A stretch of DNA of 64,000 nucleotides from IMG/VR virus record IMGVR_UViG_3300044614_000912, positions 68,558 to 132,557 of that record; one strand, written 5' to 3'. Positions 22,001-30,600 of this stretch are shown here, piece after piece. Position 1 is the first letter of the stretch, and each line of letters starts with the position of its first letter. Under the pieces are notes generated by a model. It was given only the letters and a program-made list of their open reading frames with translations. It had not been told where the DNA came from and ran no database searches. The position numbers and the translations under genes are program-made. This DNA is from a virus.

Positions 22001-24682
22001 ATTAATATAGCCATTTACTCCAGAAGTTCTTATGGCACTGTCAAAGTTATCGCCAATTTTTCCATATAATGGATCGTCTACAAAATCAACCGATCCATTG
22101 GATAAAGAAGTCCAATCTGTTGTCTTGTATGGTGAAGTAAAGCCCGGTAGTTGATTAGCAAATAAACTATTGCTATCGAATCTCCATCCGATATTCTTAA
22201 CTAAACTCTTTACATAATCACCGGTAAATGTACCGCTTAAACCGCCTAAGTTAGCTCCTAGTGGTACTGATAAGATATTATTTCCACTATTGCGGGTGAA
22301 ATTATAAAATCCTTCTAGGAATGGGTACTCTATAGTTGGATTAAAATAACCATAATCAAATTGTGCAGCATTGAAGGGGCCGTTTGTAATAGAGCCATTA
22401 ACACCAACCCACCGCTTAGAGTAATTTGTTTTGATCGAACTTGGAGAAGTAAATGCGTGTGGTAAATTTTCTAGTCTGGATATTGGGCCATATTCGTCGC
22501 TTGTATTGAATATACCATCTACAGACTGTCTTGTAGTCGGATATATTTTAACTTTTCTTCGCGTTAGCTCTTTTGAACCTTGAGCGAATGTATGCAACAT
22601 TAAACCATCAGATGGCTTATACTTCACCACCAGTTGGACGGTCGAAATAGTTGCTCCACTAGGAATAGGATATAAATCAAGAAAGAGATTTTCAATATAT
22701 GAACTGTTTCTGTAATCGGTTGATTTGCCTAATAAAACTGGGTCTTCATAAATTTTAAGTGGAATATTATACTCTTTGAAGCTAGTCGAATTGATCAATG
22801 GAGTTCTAGTTAATTCATAATGATCTTTAGCTGGATTTAATGTGATATCTCTAATATAGACTTGATCTTTTTCAGAGATAGATATGCTTGATATTCCCAA
22901 ATCATTTATATGCTTAAAGCCAGAAATTTGTGGAGTAAAACCGTCTTGATTAGCAATATCTACTATTAGGTAGTTGGACTCTGATGCTATAAAATTTGCA
23001 TCTTCATCTCCAAGATAAATTATTTCTGCATCGTTTTGTAAGAACGCACCTATCTTGGGAGTTCTATTTAATAATTTATCGTCATTGTATCCAACAACGT
23101 CTAAAGCGTAATCTGCTGACCCTACTGCTTTTTTAGCAATAACTTTGAGATAGACTTCATCAATAATAAAGAAATTGTCGTTTTCTTTAAGAGAAACTAC
23201 TTCCGATGTATTATAATTTTTGCCTTGGAACGCACCCTTAAATGGTCCGTTCGATTCTGCCCAAACAGATTTAGGTGGGAGGTTGGTAAATCTAAGTGTT
23301 AATCTACCACTATCTATGTGCGGCGTACTAGAGAGTAGTTTAATATAGTGAAATGGATAATCATCTTGAAGCCTTGATGCTGTTAAAGCTGGTTCTGTGA
23401 GACTATTATCTGTATTACCATATGAATCTGGATTAGATTCCCATAAACTATAAGCTTCTGGATAAATATCAACATCAACATCACTAGCAATCATATCTAT
23501 TGGAACAATATACTTAGTTAATCTTTGTCCAATTGGGGCAACATCAGTATAGAAGGGTATATAATTATCTCTTAAAATTCCAACGCCGCTAGAAAATACA
23601 ACGTCGTATCCTCCACTATTACATATTTCGATAGCAGATATTCTAATACTATTTTCTGGAGTAAGAGCAAAGCTTAAATTCTTGCTAGCATTTGCTTGTT
23701 CGCAAGATTCTTCGTACCCGACGTTAAATCCATCAGAAAATGGATCATAAAAGCACTGAGTATCAAAATCCAAATTTAATAAATAGCCACTAGGATATCC
23801 CATTAGTGGATAACCAGACTGCCAAGTGTGTAGCAATAAGTTGTTTGTCTCTGGTTCAGAGATATATGTAGTAAAATTTATATCATCTAATTGATAGTCT
23901 GCATCTCCTCGTACAAAAATATCCTTGTACTTGATAACGGTATTACCGCTGGGGTCAAGCAGTTTTATATTATGAATTCTATACTGTGGCGGTATATCAG
24001 ATGACTTTGTGTATGTTGGCGCGGCGGCGCGAAGAAAAACAAAACTATTTTCAGCATTATCAATGGGCCTAGTAACTTCACATGTATATCTAAAATCACC
24101 ATCACTCATCGTTGAAGATGGTTGAATATATGAAAATTTTTCGTCTGCTATGATCTTACTATTTTTGCCATTCTTAGTATAGTTACCAATAAATACGCCT
24201 TCATCAATATTAGAAAATAGATTGGTTGTGCTGTTTAACTTATCAACAAAATAACTATTGTTTAGTGATGTAACAATGTCTTTGATTGGATATAATTTTT
24301 GGGTTGCTTGAAAATTATCAAAAGCATTTAATGTGCCAAAATTACCAGCAAACTTATCAGTTTTGACATCATTTATAAGACTAGTGGCGGATACTCTAGA
24401 GCGTAAATTTCCATTTAATTGTAGAGTTGCTCTAATATCTCCTATGCCAGAATCTTGTAAGGCTTGTAAACCTATACTTAACTGAGCCTTGCTTCTGATA
24501 GCGCCTTCGCCGGATAATATGGCCGGTGTGATAGCTCTTAATGAATTACTGGCAACAATTTTACCAACTCCACCAATTCTCATGGTTGGTGAATGATTAA
24601 TAGTAGCTCTTGCGACAAAGTTACCGGCGGAACCGATTCTACTAGATTGATTTGATGTACAAGAAAAACAAACTTCACTCAT
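13007..24682 (-). CDS. Giant virion protein (3891 aa) with FG-GAP repeats and a LamG-like domain; probable adhesin/tail tip
   Basis: Seven FG-GAP-like blades (e.g. FGKSVAV..IGAP, FGHAVAIS..IGSP, LGYSVAV..FGAP, FGSDIDI..IGAP); LamG-like segment; immediately downstream of the tape measure. Confidence 0.7.
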   Translation of the reverse strand: MSEVCFSCTSNQSSRIGSAGNFVARATINHSPTMRIGGVGKIVASNSLRAITPAILSGEGAIRSKAQLSIGLQALQDSGIGDIRATLQLNGNLRSRVSATSLINDVKTDKFAGNFGTLNAFDNFQATQKLYPIKDIVTSLNNSYFVDKLNSTTNLFSNIDEGVFIGNYTKNGKNSKIIADEKFSYIQPSSTMSDGDFRYTCEVTRPIDNAENSFVFLRAAAPTYTKSSDIPPQYRIHNIKLLDPSGNTVIKYKDIFVRGDADYQLDDINFTTYISEPETNNLLLHTWQSGYPLMGYPSGYLLNLDFDTQCFYDPFSDGFNVGYEESCEQANASKNLSFALTPENSIRISAIEICNSGGYDVVFSSGVGILRDNYIPFYTDVAPIGQRLTKYIVPIDMIASDVDVDIYPEAYSLWESNPDSYGNTDNSLTEPALTASRLQDDYPFHYIKLLSSTPHIDSGRLTLRFTNLPPKSVWAESNGPFKGAFQGKNYNTSEVVSLKENDNFFIIDEVYLKVIAKKAVGSADYALDVVGYNDDKLLNRTPKIGAFLQNDAEIIYLGDEDANFIASESNYLIVDIANQDGFTPQISGFKHINDLGISSISISEKDQVYIRDITLNPAKDHYELTRTPLINSTSFKEYNIPLKIYEDPVLLGKSTDYRNSSYIENLFLDLYPIPSGATISTVQLVVKYKPSDGLMLHTFAQGSKELTRRKVKIYPTTRQSVDGIFNTSDEYGPISRLENLPHAFTSPSSIKTNYSKRWVGVNGSITNGPFNAAQFDYGYFNPTIEYPFLEGFYNFTRNSGNNILSVPLGANLGGLSGTFTGDYVKSLVKNIGWRFDSNSLFANQLPGFTSPYKTTDWTSLSNGSVDFVDDPLYGKIGDNFDSAIRTSGVNGYINFGQVDTSKGFAFYIRFSPDLPVSGSNFNLINSGVVMSQWDAGSQQGFVLGYENGHLCAYAYISGVMLKARDSAHYSAYKFPMSAMVTFKEPYASLGVANSMFLYTDNEISQGAWTLNRGFIAPFGSIGNLRIVSFNPSNNDLLIGHCPASGVGLNMFVSEIGISTHNKAIVQQSNLFYNRTNLRFTPFSSISYPESSGAISTSKTGFRDSFYKASDVPSFFASQRNKYWSSNESWHDDRNILNTLVSEDTDSWHLGDFKVCQFSPDFDFLTQRVGRDYILHSINHHGSGYSQITNLPLPSNVLASGLAYHTQIENDFLRLYLSDVSSSGNFYSAHPRISKTLPRGYNFVEDALVVDTILEHETFNNIIWPNGDIGPKLIVSLYTPSQDPSYAPSKRNWGLINRAIHYLEPSGCWQKISSKFTYQDLIDTSEPWANFDVERSITEFDTKYYSTDINQMYLQYDLVYPSGSPFESRIKLHSANVRLENALISEENVNTSLNLFSNGEKKWLEDVNLYVYGRGTIADDFQLYTSGTLPDVSSDNVNMFIGSAYYATPQNVRLFTFNKGSVNSSTSQLFGATAGEDYYLGPNLYVSGRYNKFDEQILPITITNRIEDQSASGSIQLFTKSVGLIESNSSSMTMHMQASPLRVSVIYREAMPMFINSPPVPVSLVDGGERMNLWISGKDFDVTNIDSSVNLFLVNYPAFSATGSQQYTITWNSDYPGKNIAVDDNRYAYLEANDEIRGVELLCYGNCQNVGSCTEESVVLHEDIWSTPNDCVDGGIFRAKNTYTNLETSGFKTEIGYSGHFYGLRKYTNLIPQAPYFVNVIGKTGSKNTIELPTEYIESEYGTDEIVVNDLVVNNGYTNYTNRKLTADSPNSNQGSTLRQINEKFGKSVAVKNNLACIGAPGHDITYTEYDSSGNLVTSTLDEAGAVYIFRRDNRPSGYSWPDGTQKSPWYLEERLYLPSGLRKDYYDRIETNKIDNIELPATVIQRKWNVGQEGRQFGHSLDIAASDTHKSFGENKREVLVVGGPSAKWQRDFEDLYTSGVQIGVMIFTDEFTPVIPAPGKKPRPNYSYEDILDTIYNKDLLFRYFAEPPIRFDVKLIICEPTKNSTNVTVKEFPEPKPNFIIKKQIERVKGIPTPEQNERILSGIKEAFNEAFPYDETKIHNNIPPILGLYVDDSASMRGALGKAKNMFRDYYLNYSFASGLRDFYGIQSSGAFVEYQSDFGAAENWVFMSQTILGEVLDTGRLVSNNQVKYLTSGVGQEFFNENLSQFNYPPESGGRVYVFEKESGAWNLVQEIRSPNITYGIPDRFGHAVAISDDTEVIAIGSPYISEACKVYEYKPEEKDRLYAGLFSWLGYKNAITGGLFARYRNMITDYAIWSNTYGIEYANQILYSKLDSTEKFEARKYLNIQEYQNIYTYGYGNISYNFGTWSFIPEHFAPTSRLGYSVAVNEDGTVVAFGAPTDSFNEWEDGNVWYKNEGYNDPNNDENLNTNLISPSWINSTNAGAVRLFEARKYYPHNSVVEFGKFGNLQESMDFPEDSGHFNYLASAFSDMNFRKTEFTEVNIPQEAGLAFIITPEVDALSDEVTDNILNWLALGDRNLVLVGNDPIWEKNGIYETSNSIINKILDRVKSRLRLYPARNSYEALSSGCSMALPSYIPRNTTPSYIEPITTKAYGVADIRMYLKDSPEFAQFMPCTSKNDALPSELIDSGESAFEVINEKCELPLKHLGDLRAEWTDRCKNCKDQWVYYPVNWAYMFRTYSPPCCVPQVGPFDFPQQEPVPLIVAGDYVTKITNIPASPAVSGVYPVYRTVEESRFQTIFDAPISPSSVAFIWNSGENTSSYLNLNEGQINSNGLFYTPEIFDDRQSLIMANAIPQSEILEDKQIASNRGYYCVEETLANKSSKLVFIAGVFTESENNLYSGFGDQNINFYANLVGRTIDGESLIAQLGGWTKRTSFIDAYPDSFLFNLFQNVGNTVDENVITLLDQYDVCWIANPAGLPSQQELTDLLSWLNGPNKKLIITYDNNISQVLLAKQLSDMIGSRIKPLYLPVLDQYAVVDGAESLEFNSIHPVSTGWNVNTSIEYFEVVSQSRFTPIALVENTVPVCYDYRPIYDKKFITNGYWKSLSGVTKVSFPALPGSGYKIFITTISETPAETEDLFIATQNVNMRITTNPSDSDTEGLFGYDLGAGYSVDKLGNLRRATYSIENKPVTYSFDAQVIREASTINFYIANNNERLSVKTNSYIPKTTRLLGISGVLVPIETVRIPEFYQVFDRNEYYRISDPQPAQTLTEVIVSPILNDNTVYCADGCEDTLGHKQIADGPVIVAQEIEHFSQFMTGVARSRITLISDSSLVQGQCMGDDNFRMSSETVRFLRSLYPYTNWPDTNSGRQYTIMTKIMPPERGSPQKYRSIVNNSGLAHLFGDFAGSPVGLSSFSNKESRYDPKFVKRPKKNPWPDGATSEEIENIKQGIISGFKGIQTSHGATAMFSGVIDGKLYRDAGIGGGMPDLMKEKGYDYLDFDITQSGFPGDLFGYSVALYKNKLVVGSPFSAYSREEISSWDYILDGGSTSGIELSYNGGAGAAYLFERNNKGSGLHGTFTPWSFTQKLRPDSINVGSNSGIEIMGDKFGSDIDIDGDIIAIGAPGHDYGNYVINGSGDFIRRCFNPEFRIPSRAVIDLGNSGIRNTYDPSIVNANTIINMGAIFTFENKIVDWPTKKQEWVYVEKLVENAPFYHEYTLYGTDVSDRFGESVALDRSKRTDADYTIIGGSHSETSNREQYAYDELGLPLSYDQFVTGAGAAFITDIMLRGQAPAIQSPDSFIDAKFFGETNASGDPAIFLSFKNNLDANKEYKATGIIYSNYQGEIFVEASGQDPVLKGFIEHRPYIKSVEGTYFFGIPNSGNLPLFTDGAQNASGNINLFTSVDSIINVYNDLGLYTSSVDGIISNEPSGMLLYVHTPDPIIVSESGLMLFMASGVGSYSDNLNLRIRGK

Positions 24683-24684
24683 TA

Positions 24685-27600
24685 TTAGACCTTTGGCATA
24701 GTTGATGAATTTTCTATGAGTTTTCCACCAGAGCCGACGCTGGTATTTTTGATCTTATCCGAGACAATTTTTGCAATTTCATTTCTTGCTTCCTGCGTTA
24801 AACCGGCAAGCATACCGCTATTTCCAGAAAAATTTACATTTACATTTGTACTATCTAATGTAATCTTAAATTTTGTATCTTGAAGAGATTTAATAGTATC
24901 CGACATTTGAGAAGTAAATGTCGTTAATGCCTTGGTAAGCATAGAGATAACGTCTGTACCAAGAATATTCTGGACTATTCCGTTTAATAATCCTCCTCCA
25001 GCTAAATATTGTACTTTTCCGCCCCTAGCAAAGTTTTGAACACCGGCTGATGCTCCCGCTGAACCGCTTAGACCATTATTCATAGCTTGTAATAGTTGTA
25101 GATTGTTACCTCTATTTACAGCTTCTCGTCTTACAACGAACTCTCCGGGTGTTAACATTGCGGGAACGGTATCTGTTCCACGGGGAACGAAGATACCCCT
25201 ACTTGCATACACGGTTCCGCCTTTTCTGAACATTGTAGGCTCACGGCCTCTACCGGCAGCTTCGGCATCTCTAGATGCTCTTTCATCTTCTGCCGACTGT
25301 TTAACCTCTGGAGCCATTCCCCTATCCCTAGTATTACTAACGGCTTCTTCGGCCTTCTTTTGAGCGGCCTGTAACTGTATATTTGCGGCATCTAGTTGTG
25401 ACTGAGCAGCTTGAACTTGTAAATCGGCGGTTGGACCCATAGTGCCAGCTAATGCACGTATATCGCTCTTTACTGCTTCTTCTTCTGGAGTGGTTCCTGC
25501 TAGCATTTGTGCTGCGGCTGGATTCTGAACACCTCTGGCCGATAATGCGGCTGTTGCAGCTTTCTCACCCAAACCACCCGGACCAGCAATACGTTGACCG
25601 TATATTTCTTGAACGCCAGCTTCTTTTTGTCTTTCAATATCAGAATAAGCACCAGCCAATGCTGTGGCACCAAATGCATTCATAAGGTCTTGATTACCAG
25701 TTGCTATTGCGGCTGTAGCTCCAACGGCGGCTTGTTGATCAAAGAACTTCTCTATATCGCCATTTATTAGCGATTCCATAGACTGTTTCTCAAGCTTATT
25801 TTTCTCTTCTATAGTCTTGAGTTCTTCTTCTTTGGCTTTAATCAAATCTCTAGTGGTTTGTATTTGACTCTTAGCTGCTTCGTTGAGTCTTCTTTCCTCT
25901 TCTTCCAATTGTAATCCAGCTTCACCAGCCAATTTAGCTTGAGCTTCTTTATCTCCACTTGCTGCCGCAGCCCTAATGCCCGCTATTTCTTGCTGCCTTG
26001 CTCCAATTTGCTGTGTTCTTTGTGTGATTTCAGCAGCACTTCCTGTCTTGAGATTATCAACACCTTGTATTCCGGTTGCTTGAACATTAGCTTGTGCTAC
26101 AATATTAGCTCGTCTTTCTGCTGGCGTGACAGCTTTGCCGCCGTATTTTGCTTCAATATCTCTTGCTTCCATCTGCACATTTAAAGCCTCTTGCTGTGCA
26201 GACATTAAATTGCGTTCTGCTTCTATTCTATTTTTAGTAAGCTGATTAAGTTGTTCTTGGATTTTTATTGCATCATTAAGTGGGCCGTTAACTTGCTCAA
26301 GAACTTTCTTGCCAAAATCACCCATAACCTCAGAGAAAACTCCAAAGTTACCTTCTCCAAGAGCGTTGAGTTGATCTTCTGATAATGTATCGGCCTGTGC
26401 CTGTAAACGCTTGATAGTATCGTCATCATATTTTCTATTACCAGCAGCATCTGTTTGAGCAGCAAGATTTTTACCAAGAATATCCTTAAAAGCTTTTCTT
26501 CTATCTTCTGCGCTACCGGAACTCAATCTTCCCTTAAGATCGCTCTTTGTTTGTTCAAAAATAGTAGCGGAATTCTTTTGAACTTCGTTAATAGATTTGA
26601 GATTACCCTTAAACTTATCAATTTGTTTATCATTTGCTCCAAATCTTCTAAGGGTTGCTTCAGCATCGCCAAGGGCAGCGTCAAAATCAGCATCGCTAAT
26701 GCCTTGAGCAGCAGATGTTACGCTGGCTTCAAGTGTAGCTAAAGATTGTTGTAATGGTATATTGCCAGCCTGTTGAGCAGCAATATAGTTAGTTATACCA
26801 AGTGCTGCTGCGGCAGAAGCACCTTGAACGTCTTGCATACCAAGGTCCATAGCTTCAAAAGCTTTTCTAGTTCTTTCTGCCTCCTTTTGTAAATTCTCAA
26901 AAGATTTATCAAGCTCTCTGGCTTGTTCTTCTAATACGGCGGCTTGTTCTCTAAATGCATTAGCTTCGTCTTTATTACCAGCAGTATCAGCTTCTGATGC
27001 TTTTATTCTCAATTGACTCATTCGACTTCTCATAGCACCCGGAGAATTAGCACCTAATTGAGCATCAATTTGCTCACGGGTCATGCCTTGAGCGATACCA
27101 CGCTTCATGCTTTCATTGACAACCGGCCTAGAAATATCAAAAGCCTTTCTTTCAGCTTCCGCGTTTTGTTTTATTAATCCGGCATTCTCTTTATCGATTC
27201 TTTCATTTCTTTGTTTGCCAGATTCTAAGCCAAAATATCCAGCTAAACCTAGTGTTGCAACTCTAGCTGTACCACGCAAGAAGCCTCCAACAGCCCCGCT
27301 CTTATTGCCCTTGTTAGATTCAACAGCTTTTTCATTGGCAGTTTGCATCGCCTGTCTTGAAGCTTGTACATTAGAAATTTTAGCAAGAGCTTCACCAGCA
27401 CTAATCGTTCCATTTTGTAAATCTTCTAAAGCAGAAGAAGCGTCTTTTTGTCCTTGTTCAAAAGCCTTTTGAGTTTTAACCGCTTGAGCTTGTGCAGAGG
27501 CTAAATCTTTGATACTATCATAAGTGTTTCCACCAAAGGCTTGACCAAGACCAATGAATGCTCTATTTACATAGTCAGTTCCAAAAATTGCTTTTTCTAT

Positions 27601-30600
27601 AGATGGCAGAAATTTTGTTGCTAATGCTACGCCTGCGCCAGCAATACCACCTATTAATGTTCCTACACCGGGAACAAGGCTACCAATAGCGGCACCCGCT
27701 AAAATAGCTGATGAACCAAAAGAATCAATACTTTCTTGAGCGGCGACATTGACAGAATTTTCTGATGCTTTGCCTATGTTACCTTCTTGTATAGCTTTAT
27801 TAGCTTGGTTTTGATAGTCAAAATAAGAATTAACAGCAGAAGATGCTGCCATTAAACCAACTTCTACCGCTAAAAGTGGTCCAGCAAAAGCATTTAAGCC
27901 TTTTGTAATTGTACCAACAGCTTTACCAAAAGATGCTACTCCAACATTGCTTATCGATCCGGCCATAGCTTTTTGGCCCATTGAACCGCCCATACTTGCA
28001 AATGGATTTGCTCCAACTTTGCTAGGAAGACCTACACCTTTCATTCCAGCATTAAATCCCTTAGATAAATCTCCAAATGCTGTTCCGGCTCTTCCAGATG
28101 TTTTTGCGACAAATTTTTGGAACCCACTAGCACCGCTCATGGATGACATAGTTGCTCCGCGACCCATAGAACCACCCATATTAACAAATGGATTGTTTCC
28201 TATGGCTCCAGATTTTACAGCTGAAAATAGTCCAGCTTGATTTTTCATTCCTCCACTAAAAGCTGAACCAGCAACATTTGCAGCACTAGATAAACTAGGT
28301 AAAGCCTTGCCGACACCACCAGCTATTTTACCACCAATACCACCTAACCTACCACCAATGTTGCCAATAATCTTGCCAACGCCAGAAAATTGTCCAGAAA
28401 GATTGCCTAAAGTTTGAGTTAAACTACTAGCACCACTCAAAAACTGTGTCATGGTTTGCACATTCAAAGCAACACCAAAAGCTTCTAAAGCGAAGCCAAC
28501 AGTTGTCAATGTTGACACAACGCCAAGCAATCCATGAGACATTCTTACAATAGCCCCAGAATTTTCATCTAGTGCTGGTAACATGCTTTGCATTAATCCA
28601 ACCGTCATGGAAGCAGCGAACATTTTGTTCGCAGAAACGCTTTCCATAATACTACGTTTTTGTTGGCCTTGAGCATTAACTAAATCTTCTGCTTGCTGAG
28701 TTAATGCATCTAGTGGTATAAAATTACCACCATTACCGCTGCCACTAACAGGAGATGGTCTAACGCCAGTAGCGGCTGTGCCAGTAGCGAATCTTTGAAC
28801 AATACCACCATTAGCGTATTTACCAACTTTATTCATACGGTTTAAATTACCGTATCCAATACTTTGGGCGGATGCTCTGTTTACAACAAACTCGCCGGGG
28901 GTTAATAATGCTGGAACAGTATCGGTTCCAACTCCACCTCCCGCAGCAAATCTGGCAACTCTTGTTGATCTTGGACCCTTGGCTCTTAATGCATCCATTG
29001 CGGGCTGTTTACTACCGCCCTGAGTAAATATCATATTTGCAAGTGGGATACCAAATAATCTACTAAGATACTCTGCAACTCCCGGCACCCTTTGAGATTT
29101 ACTAATGATGGATAATCTACCGGGCTGTAATTGTCCAGATTTTATAGCTGTTTGTAATTCTTTGCCAAACACGGTAAGCGGAGCAGATGTAACGTCTTTT
29201 AATCTAGCCTTTGGATCACGGAAATATTTATTTAGTGCGGCTGATTGTTGACCCGACGTTTTAGCCATACCATAAGCTTTGTCACCAATTGTTCTTTTTA
29301 GAGTTCTATCGATATCAATAGCACCACCGCCAGCTTTAATTAATGCTGCAATAGCAGAACTTGGGCGAGGCATCATTGTTCCGCTAGCATTTATGATATC
29401 ATCAATAAGTGGAGCTTTAGCCATACCGCCAGCAGCAAATTTCTGTATCAGTCCACCAAACTGTTTTCTAACAAGTTTGATACCCTCTAGTCTATTTATA
29501 TTGATATCGTTTTGAATTTTCTTAGATAACCCATCCGATCCAGTTAATAGACTCTTTGATCTTTTGACTTCTGCCTTTAAGAGTTTTGAAATTCTAGCGT
29601 CTTGACCGAACATTGATTGTAAATTTTGAACATCGTCTGGCAAGGAACCATATGGTAAGTCAAAATTGGCTCTGCCGCCAGCGGTTTTGGCACCGGTGAT
29701 ACTACTTATAATACCTTCAAATAAATAACCCTCTAAAGATGCTCTAAGATTTGTATCAGACACCATGTTCTGTAAAGCATTACCAATTAATGATGGATTG
29801 CCAATAAATGCTGGATCGGCTGATAGTAGATTTTTAGATTGAATTTCTGATACTGCATAATTTAATGATTTTTGAAAACCTCTTGTTGTTGCTTTAGAAA
29901 CTATGCCGCTAAATTGTTTTGATTTTTTAACATCTTTAAGACCGGGGTAAAATAATGGATAGGATGCACCTTCTAATATTGCTGGCATTGGTGCCATTTT
30001 ATCTTTTGTGCTTCCCGGCACAGCAGCGTCTGCACCACCATATGTCTTTAGAATACTTTTGTATAATTTACTGTTGGGGGATAGATTGAATTGAGTGTTA
30101 CCAGCTTTATAAAAGTCATCCGTACTCTTTGGGGGGTCTAAAACAAAGGCTCCAATTTGATTTGGAACTGGTCTAAATACAGGGGTTTGACCAAATTTGG
30201 AAACACCCTTTCTCATGCGAGAAGTTTCAATTGTTTCGCTGGTTTTACCAGCGTTTTTAATGGTGCCAGAGACTAAAGATTGTGGTTCTTTTTTGTTACC
30301 AGCAGCAGTTTGCGCTCTTGCTGCTGCAATTTTTTGTGCAGTAGTCATAGGACCGCCCTCTTTAAAGCGGTTCTCATTCATAGCAGCGAGGTTTCCTGCA
30401 CCTAACCTGTTCACGCTACTTTTACGTATAACAAATTCTCCCGGCTGTAACATGGCTGGAACAGTATCACTGTTGCCAGTACCGGGAACCATTCCGCCTC
30501 TAGCAAATTTATGAACTTTACCGCCTTTATTAAAGGTTCTTCCAGAGGCCAATCCTCCTCCAACTCCACCTAAGAATCCACCAATACCTCTAGTCAATTT

